Below, in pieces: positions 55,229-64,000 of a stretch of DNA of 64,000 nt. A program made the translations under genes and the position numbers. This DNA comes from Octopus sinensis. Taxonomy: Eukaryota. The notes below the pieces were generated by a model. The model made no database searches. It saw only the letters and a program-made list of their open reading frames with translations, and had not been told where the DNA came from. The stretch lies in NCBI RefSeq assembly GCF_006345805.1, contig NC_043001.1, positions 7,626,001 through 7,690,000 of the forward strand, read 5' to 3'. Position 1 is the first letter of the stretch. Every line of letters begins with the position of its first letter.

Positions 55229-55303
55229 TGTTATTTTGACAATCTTTTACCAAGAGTAAACCGGTTTAAGTAAATAAACATCGTTTAAATGCATTTTCAA
55301 ACC
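55229..55303 (+). mobile_element. Second copy of the 10.5-kb U3-A8 hammerhead family (G12 lost)
   Basis: TTATT TTGACAA TCTTTTACCAAGAGT AAACCGGTT TAAGTAAATAAACATC.TTTAAATGCATTTTCAAAC matches the reverse complement of ~10505-10580. Confidence 0.7.
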
Positions 55304-55313
55304 TTTTTCCTAT

Positions 55314-55351
<38 letters not shown>

Positions 55352-55400
55352 CAGTGTCTGGATAGATTCTTCAAAGAATACCAGATAAGCCACCCATAAT

Positions 55401-55487
55401 TGGATACAACTTACCCAACAAGAACTCACTACTCGAACAAAACTGGATACAACTCACCCAACAAGAACTCACTACTTGAACAAAACT
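55401..55487 (+). repeat. 43-bp tandem duplication
   Basis: TGGATACAACT(T/C)ACCCAACAAGAACTCACTACT(C/T)GAACAAAAC x2. Confidence 0.85.
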
Positions 55488-55588
55488 TGACTTAAACAGG
55501 ATTCGAATAATCCTATCCGGTGGTGCTATTAAGTTAGACATGGCCTGGACCAATCTCTGGTCGAAACATATCTAAGTTTATCTAAGTT

Positions 55589-55622
<34 letters not shown>

Positions 55623-55869
55623 TGTATGTATGTATGTATGTATGTATGTATGTATGTATGTATGTATGGATGTATGTGACAGTACCCATGTTGACGGATA
55701 GAAGTGAATCCACATCGTTTCACATTTTTGTAGCTGATTGTACGAACGTTCAATACTTACACATTTGACACGTTAAGTCCTGCGATTCAAATATATGCAT
55801 GCATTTATGTATATATACACACACAACAGAACGCACGCATACACACACGCATACGTATCTATATGTATG

Positions 55870-55901
<32 letters not shown>

Positions 55902-56419
55902 GTGTGTGTGTGTGTGTGTGCGTGTGTGTATGTATAAGTGTATGTATTTTGTTAAGCATATATAAACATATATATTTTTTAAACGTAAATTTTCTCACAA
56001 TGAGGATGAGCGGGCAACACTGCATTGGTGCGTGAAGATTATTTATTTGAGTATTACGGCTACGATTAGTTACATGTTAAAGAATATCTCAACAATTTTG
56101 AAGACAAAGACCTACAGAAATGTTGGTCGTCTTGATTTTGGATAAAAATATTATGTGTGCGTGTGTGCGCTTGCGTGTGAATATGTGTGAACAAGCGTGT
56201 GTTTGTGCGTATGTTTTTCTCGCAGCATCGCCTGACAATCGGTTTAGGATGTTTATATCTCACTTATTTAGCGACTCGGCAAAAATGAAGTATCTACAAC
56301 TACCGGGATTTAAAATAAAATTGAAATATAAGATTTGATTCTCCCGAAAAATATTATTCATAATGCCACACCACCAGACTGCTGATTCTCTGAAGAATTT
56401 GTAAATTAGAAGATATATA

Positions 56420-56995
56420 GCAGTGACTGTGTGGTAAGTAGCTTGTTTACCAACCACATTGTTCCGGGTTCAATCCCACTGCGTGACACCTTGGGCAAGT
56501 GTCTTCCAATATAGCTTCGAGCCGACCAAAGCCTTGTGAGTGGATATTGTAGACGGAAACTGAAAGAAGCCTGTCGTATATATGTATATAATATATATAT
56601 ATATATATTATATATATATATAATATGTGTGGTGTGGTGTGTGTGTGGTGTGTGTGTGTGCTGTGTTGTGGTGTGTGTGTTGTGTGTGTGTGTTGTGTCC
56701 GTGTAGTTTGTGTGTCTGTGTTTGTCCGCTAGCATTGCTTGACACCGATGCTGGGGTGTTTATGTCCCCGTCACTTAGCGGTTCGGCAAAATGAGACTGA
56801 TAGAATAAGTACTGGTCTTACAAAGAGTAAGTCCCGAGTTGCTCGATTAAAGGTGGTGATCCAGCATGGCCGCAGTCAAATGACTGAAACAAGTAAAAAG
56901 AAAAAAAGAAAAGAAGAAGAAAGAAATATATATATACGTTTATTCTTTTACATATTTCAGTGATTTGACTGCGGCCATGCTGGAGCACCGCCTTA
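56420..56995 (+). mobile_element. SINE (family of 13721-14118) followed by an inverted copy of its 3' tail (~56940-56995)
   Basis: GTGACTGTGTGGTAAGTAGCTTG...CCAGCATGGCCGCAGTCAAATGACTGAAAC, then TTTCAGT.ATTTGACTGCGGCCATGCTGGAGCACCGCC. Confidence 0.8.
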
Positions 56996-57850
56996 CAGGG
57001 TATATATGCGTGTGAGTGTGTGTATATACGTACGTAGTATGTATGTAAGTGCGTGTGTATATATATGGTGGCTGCCCCCTCGTTATCGAGTATGGCCATT
57101 CCACGAAGCTTAATCAATGTTGTTATTGTGCAATGCCTGTAAAAGAAGTTTTTTTTAAAGTGAGGAAAGGTTGTGCACTGAGTCAATCCCACTCACTAAA
57201 CAACAGTAGCCATAATCCGAAAAGAAGAACAAGTCAACATCATCGGTAACCACTGCGCAGCAGGTTTTATGTCGGAGTTATCCCAGTTACTCGAGTTACC
57301 TTCTTCTATAAGGATGCCCTAACAAAGGCTAGGAGTCCTTCACTCCCAATGGTTTAACCGCGCGATCGGGTATGCTGTCCAATTATTTATATGTCCCCGC
57401 CCATAGTACAGCCTTAAGCCATTTATTGGATGGCCGTTAACTCTCAAGTGTTCCTCCGACCTTTGACGGGTTTTGTTTTTCATCCCGCAGGGTGTCCAAT
57501 AAACATCCTCCTCACTTAGCAAGCTTGGTGGTATATAATATAAGATTTTCACAATCTTATAATAATGTAATATAAGATAATGAAATGATGGAATATTAAA
57601 TGACCATTCTAATTTAAGTAGTACTTCATGCATTAAATTATGCATTCTCTAGGTTCGTTTAGTAGTAGTGACAGGTTCTTGTAGTAGTGGCGTGGATATT
57701 CTGGTGCTTGGCTGAGGAAAGAGGGATTCGAATGACCCGTCCTTTGTTTTTCTTTGTTTCGTCTATCTTGATGCTTTGTTGTCCCTTTTTGTATCACCTA
57801 CCTACCTGTCCGGGGTTTTGCGTTCTTGCTCTATGTTTGTAATATATATC

Positions 57851-57881
<31 letters not shown>

Positions 57882-58038
57882 GAGAGGAGAGAGAGAGAGA
57901 GAGATAAATAGAAAGATAGATGTACATTATATATATATACATCATATATATATATATACATACATATATATTAATATATACATACATATAGATAGATAGA
58001 TATACATATTATACATACACACATATATATTATATATA

Positions 58039-58079
<41 letters not shown>

Positions 58080-58202
58080 TATATATATAGATAAGTTAAT
58101 CCAAACAAGAGAAAACACACAAAAAAGAGAAAAAAAACAGCAAACGCAAGGACGTGGAAAAATTAAAGTATTATTGACGCCATATATATATATATAATAT
58201 AT

Positions 58203-58245
<43 letters not shown>

Positions 58246-58584
58246 ATTATATATATATACATACATACGATAGATAGATATACATATATATACATATGTA
58301 TATGTATATATATATGTATATTGTATGTATATGTATGTATATATTTTATTTTCCGCGTTTCACTTGTAAGACTCAGTCAAAGCCGGCAGGAAGCGTCGAT
58401 GCTTCCTAGGGCTAAATAGCGGTGGAGTGATTCATTTTACGGGACTGTCACGTTAAGTTGACAGTATACAACCACTCTATCACTCCACAACCACTCATGT
58501 CTCTCTGAGACATTTAGAAGTTTAATATTTCTTATATATATAAATATATATATGTATATATGTGTGTGTGTGTGTGGTGTATTT

Positions 58585-58681
58585 ACAGATAGATAGACAG
58601 ATACATCGATACAGAAATAGACAGAGCGATCGATAGATAGGTAGGTAGGTAGTAGGTAGGTAGGTAGGTAGGTAGGTAGAC

Positions 58682-58749
<68 letters not shown>

Positions 58750-58750
58750 G

Positions 58751-58793
<43 letters not shown>
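58585..58793. repeat. (ATAG)n/(GTAG)n microsatellite
   Basis: Direct reading. Confidence 0.95.
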
Positions 58794-58794
<1 letters not shown>

Positions 58795-59275
58795 TAATAA
58801 TATATATTAAAGAACAATCATTCCGTAATCACATGTATTAGTTTGCAGCGTCTTAAGTAAATACCTCCACCCAGGTCTGGGTGTCAAAGCGATGTTTTGG
58901 AGTTTCTTCAGAGGATATATTTGCGAATTTAAATACGCAGTAATTTATATATATAAATGCATGACATTTTATACACTTAAATATAAACTAATTAATGAAG
59001 ACATAAATATAGGGAAGACATAACACCACATACACATATGTCTTCTATAGATACGTGCGTGTATGTTTTTACCTGTGCATCTATGTGTCTGTGCGTCTAT
59101 CTGTGTGTGTGTGTTTGTGCGCGTGTATAATAATCAAATAACATATTTTCAACTTTCATTTATTGTGTTCGGTTTATGGATTTCTGTGTGTCAGTATGTA
59201 GGCAAGTGTGTATTGTGACGTATATATGCCTGCATATATATACACACACACTTGTATTTCTAGATAAATCTATGT

Positions 59276-59495
59276 AGAAACGTTAGCGCGCCGGGCTAAC
59301 GTAATGCTTAGCGGTATTTTGTCTGTCATTACGTTCTGAGTTCAAATTACGCCGAGATCGACTTTGCTTTTATCCTTTCGGGGTCGGTAAATAAAGTACA
59401 AGTTTCGCACTGGGGTTGTTGTAATCAACTTAATCCCTTTGTCTGTCCTTGTTTGTCCCCTCTATGTTTAGCTCCTTGTGGGCAGTAAAGAAATA
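59276..59495 (+). mobile_element. Meta-domain-like SINE
   Basis: Matches 6547-6777. Confidence 0.8.
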
Positions 59496-60226
59496 TAACT
59501 TTCAGCATTATAATTATATATTACTATGTGCATGCGTGTGTGTATGTGTGTCTGTGTAGTTTTATCGTATAGACATATGTTTAGTCATATGTCGATGTTA
59601 TTAAAGGCATTGTTGAATATTCTCTTATAAATTATCGTACACTAAAATTACACAAACATGGTTGTACATCATTTCAGCTGGCTGCTGATATCTAGCTAAT
59701 ATGCATAATGTAAAATTGACCTGCAATTCATCACCATGTCAGGTTTTAAATTTATCCAGCTTTAGTCTACAGCGTTGGCAAAGTGGATCCGTTATTTGCT
59801 CGACAGATTACAGAAGCGATTTCAATGGAAGTTATGTTGTCTCGACCTTCTATGCACGCTCTATTGATTACAGCAGGTTAAGAGGCAGTGCACGTACAGA
59901 ATCTCCTATGTACACAAATAATCTGAGAACTAATGATTAACACATGCAAATATGCACGGCTGGTATATTAGGGACAATTAAAGATTGTGTCATGATTGTT
60001 TGAACGGAAGGAAACGATGGCGGTTAAAGCGGTTTAACTTGAAATCTCTGTCATTGTAGAATTTTACGGCGTGTTAATTACTAAGCAATTTAAACTTCTA
60101 AATATGCAGACATTTTAGAAACGTTATACTTAATTCTATACAGGAGTATGTTGCTTAACAAACTACTTTTCAATTTCAAGAATTCATTTTATCATTGTGT
60201 TGTGTCTGGAGAGAGTCATTTCTTTT

Positions 60227-60634
60227 TGTGCCTTATAATGTAACACACTCACCGGTAAAATTTCCATTTCTTATTTTTATTTTCCTAAAATTTTCGATGC
60301 GTCTTGCAAACTTTTCAATAGTTTTGACTCTGTCCGTTATTTACACTGCGTTCCCTTTTGTTTGTGCGCGTGTGTGTGGGTCAGTGTGTGTGTGTGTGTG
60401 TTTATACATGCCTGAATGTACGTATGTATGTATGTGTGTGTTTGCATGTATATGTATGTATATATGTGTGTATGCATATTATATATGTATGTGTGTGCAT
60501 CTGTATGTACGTATCTTGCAATATTTATGTCAAAACTATTGAAAAGGTTGCATGACGCAACGAAAATTTTAGGAAAATAAAAATAAGAAAAAAGTGGTAA
60601 TTTTACCGGTGAGTGTGTTACATTATAAGGCACA
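60227..60634. mobile_element. Inverted repeat (arms 60227-60328 and 60529-60634) with U3-A8 hammerhead-like motifs
   Basis: Right arm CTA TTGAAAA G GTTGC-ATGAC-GCAAC GAAA ATTT TAG (60536-60572); the left arm has the mirror motif with the same TTGAAAA core. Confidence 0.75.
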
Positions 60635-61012
60635 CCAGAATATGCTTCAACACACGAACTCATATAAAGAATCTTGCAAACCAAATCCAATAACGAAATA
60701 TCTTATTATTGATAAAGGATGAAAACTAGACAGCGTCTGTATTATATTTATATATCCAATAGGTTAAAATATATCTATCTGTAAAAACCTCAATTACTTT
60801 ATTAATATTTGAAGATCAATATTATAAATCTGTAGGCGCTCATTTCTAGACGGCTAATAATGAATCCATAAAGATATGTTGTAAACTACAGGTGTGATTT
60901 CAACATATACGATGGTGTGTAGACCTTTTTAACCTTATTCTGATGAATAATATATACTATATATATATATATATATTTATAAATATATATATATATTATG
61001 TACTATATATTA

Positions 61013-61056
<44 letters not shown>

Positions 61057-61140
61057 GTGCATCATTCACGTGAGTTGAAATTCTTATTGAGAAAACAGAA
61101 GCTTAATCTGGGGTCTTCATTCATTATATATACACACATA

Positions 61141-61177
<37 letters not shown>

Positions 61178-61384
61178 CTGTGTGTGTGTATATATATATG
61201 AGAAGTGGTGATATTATTTAAATAACCTTATATGTGGCATGCGAGTTATCAGCCGTAAAGGCCAATTAATAAAATATATACATACAAGATACGTACACAC
61301 ACACAACAAATACACACACATATCTCTATTTTGGAACGGTCATTTCTTTGGGTGGTTGGGGTGCAAATAAAGACGCGATATATA

Positions 61385-61520
61385 TCATTCCTCACTCTTT
61401 CATTACTGTTTTTATTCTAACTCATATCCATTGTCCGGTATTTTTTCGTCGCCCATGTGTAACCTCTTCAGTGACATGTTCCCTCTACGTGTGTGTCCCC
61501 TTCCTTTACTTAGTCCATCC
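61385..61520 (-). mobile_element. Third copy of the 4.4/5.5-kb HHR-like repeat family
   Basis: Minus strand TGTCA CTGAAGA GGTTACACATGGGCGAC GAAAAAATACCGGACA ATGGATATGAGTTAGAATA. Confidence 0.6.
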
Positions 61521-61523
61521 AGT

Positions 61524-61561
<38 letters not shown>

Positions 61562-61597
61562 CGTGTCTGTGTATGTGTGTGTCCGCGTGCAAATATG

Positions 61598-61647
<50 letters not shown>

Positions 61648-62906
61648 CCCACGCATACGCACACATGCAGATATACATACATGCATATATGTATTCTAAG
61701 ATGTGTTGCATATTGACATGATATGGTCTATACATTGATATCATTGATATCAAAAGTTTTATACAATGCTCTTGCACATTACATCGTCACTTCACGTATA
61801 ACATCGAGTGAGGGAGATATTGTTCGTCTGTTTCAGTAACAGGAATTGATGTCACATTGCCAGATATCAGTCCTCGTCATGCAGAGATGTATTGAAAACC
61901 ATTCCAGCCGTGAGCGTTGTGAGACTTATTTTACGCCATGTTTATTTTCATTTTTTTCTTTTTGAGATTGCATGTATGGATATTAATTTATCATCTATAA
62001 TAAAAAAAAAAACACGTAATCTCAGCCACAGACACTGACGCACACGCACACACACGCGAACACATACACACACAGCAACACACTCGTGCACAGTCCTGTG
62101 CCCCTGGTAATATATGAAAAGAATAGAACATTCATCACAATAGTTTTATTTATCGAATGTAGGATTACTTCGCTTTCCATCATTAATCATAAACTGGCTT
62201 CCATGTGAAATAAGCAATCATATTCACTAAAGAAATGTTTTATTCCAGATGGTTCTGAATTTTGCCGCGCACGTGAATTCGCCATTCAGGTATCTAGTAC
62301 AATGTGCATGAGTAGAAAGGATAGCATGAATACCACCGGAGAATAATGGACACAAAATATGAAGGAAAATAAAAGCGTGTTAGCTGTTGTTGTAAAGAAC
62401 ACCATTACAAGAAAATGCATGCACTTTGTGTTATGCACACAACAACCTCCTACATTTGTGCTTTGAAAAGCTGGGTATAAACTGGGATATATGCGCAAAT
62501 ATACATTTGTTTACGTATGCATAATGCAAACATACAGCTGCACACATTCAATGACATCCATACTTACAGTTTATTTACTGCTGCAGATTGGTCTGTATGT
62601 GTATACATGAATACATATGCTTACACAAATATATACATACACATGTACATGTGTATGTATATAGTTGTGTCTGTGTGTTCGTGTGTGTATGAATATATAT
62701 TCATGGATACGTACATCTATTCGTACATTCGTACTTATGTATATTTGTGGATATAATTCAGTTCCAAAAGCAAAAATGGTAAAAATCAACCCGCTACTTT
62801 TTTCAGTATTAGTGTGAAATAATTCGCTAAATAAAATCAGATCGCCCCCAAGCACATTTGTATACACACATGGGTATGTAACTGTAAACCCACATATTTA
62901 TATATA

Positions 62907-62941
<35 letters not shown>

Positions 62942-63186
62942 ATATATATATATATATATATAGAATATGGCAGAATATTCGTGGAATAAATGATGAGAAA
63001 CTTTAATGAGAAAATTTGTCAGCCTCTCCAATTCTTAGTCCGTCCACCCCCAAACAATGTGGCTGAACGTTACATCAATAAACTTCTGGAAATAAGGTAT
63101 GAAACCAATTCGTGGGGAGTAGGAAAATGTAACTTGTTGTGTCTAGAGAGAGTCATTATATCTACGTTATTTACACACGCACAAGA

Positions 63187-63400
63187 AGGGGGTGAACTGG
63201 CAAAATCGTTAGCACGTTGGACGATATGTTTAGAGGTATTTCGCTCGTCGCTCCGTTCTCAAATTCGGCCGGGGTCGACTTCGCCCTTCTTCTTTCCGGG
63301 ATCAATGAAATAAGTACCAGTTGAAGACTGTGGTTAATGTAATCGACTCTTCACCTCCCTTAAAATATCTGCCATTGTGGCAAAATTTGAAACCATTATT
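63187..63400 (+). mobile_element. Diverged Meta-domain-like SINE
   Basis: GGTGAACTGGCAAAATCGTTAGCACG...GGGGTCGACTTCGCCCTTC...AATAAGTACCAGTTGA. Confidence 0.7.
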
Positions 63401-64000
63401 AACACAAGCACTGGTTCAATACTACTCCTCTCTTATTAGTTAACTGGTTATATATCGAACTAACTAATCGAATGTTTTTTTATTTAAATTTGGTTAGACT
63501 GTAAGGCATTTGTTTTGAATTTGTTTTTGTCAAATGCACAGACGAAGTAAAATCAATCACTTTCGATGCTGTTTCAGGAATAGTCTCACCTATAAACCAC
63601 GATTTCTGAAGGCTGTACACACAATAAATCCTTTGATTTGTCAAAAGATAAAAGCATAATACATTCCTCTAGACATGACTCTCACGTCGATGTTGAGTAG
63701 TTTCCATTGAAAAGAGTTCTTTGTTAGTGGAAATAATTGATTGCGGGGGAATTGTGAAAAAATAACGGGAACACATGATCCATACATACAACGGTATAAT
63801 GTCGGGAATGCATACGTACGTACCCATGTGTGTGCGTGTGTGCGTGCGGCTGTGTATGTGTTTGCGTATGTATGTATATATATGCGTATATGCGCATAAA
63901 CACGCATTTATATAGAGACCACTGAACGCATTGTGTTTCACATGCGTAAAGGGATATTCGTTCAGCCAAATACAAGACGTCATTACTTTCAATATTCTAT

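Noticed and set aside
58350-58390. Minus-strand TTGACTGA...GAAACGCGGA hammerhead-like motif
   Set aside because: No NUH triplet and no stem I pairing.

Overview
AT-rich eukaryotic genomic DNA saturated with microsatellites. The SINE families and repeat landscape point to a cephalopod, most likely Octopus (inferred from recognition, not a database search). I find no credible host protein-coding exon; nearly all ORF-track entries are translated (AT)n/(AC)n/(ATAC)n repeats. The window holds: several tRNA-derived SINE families (CORE-like, Meta-domain-like, Nin/RTE-tailed); R4/Dong-type non-LTR fragments, one inserted in (TAA)n; a decayed Penelope-like (PLE) RT-linker region; a full-length but dead IS630/Tc1-type transposon with ~230-bp TIRs and TA target duplications; a mariner-like 5' fragment; and a non-autonomous Helitron. 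The main signal is a dense set of minimal type I hammerhead ribozyme (HHR) motifs of the PLE kind from at least 8 unrelated repeat families. Many lie in short fold-back inverted repeats in which the ribozyme strand always reads outward from the centre. Several families carry recurrent non-canonical cores: a compensatory U3-A8 pair (UUGANAA) and a C4 variant (CCGANGA). One family joins a tRNA/Pol III head to the HHR. Coordinates were read by eye and repeat edges may be off by a few bases.
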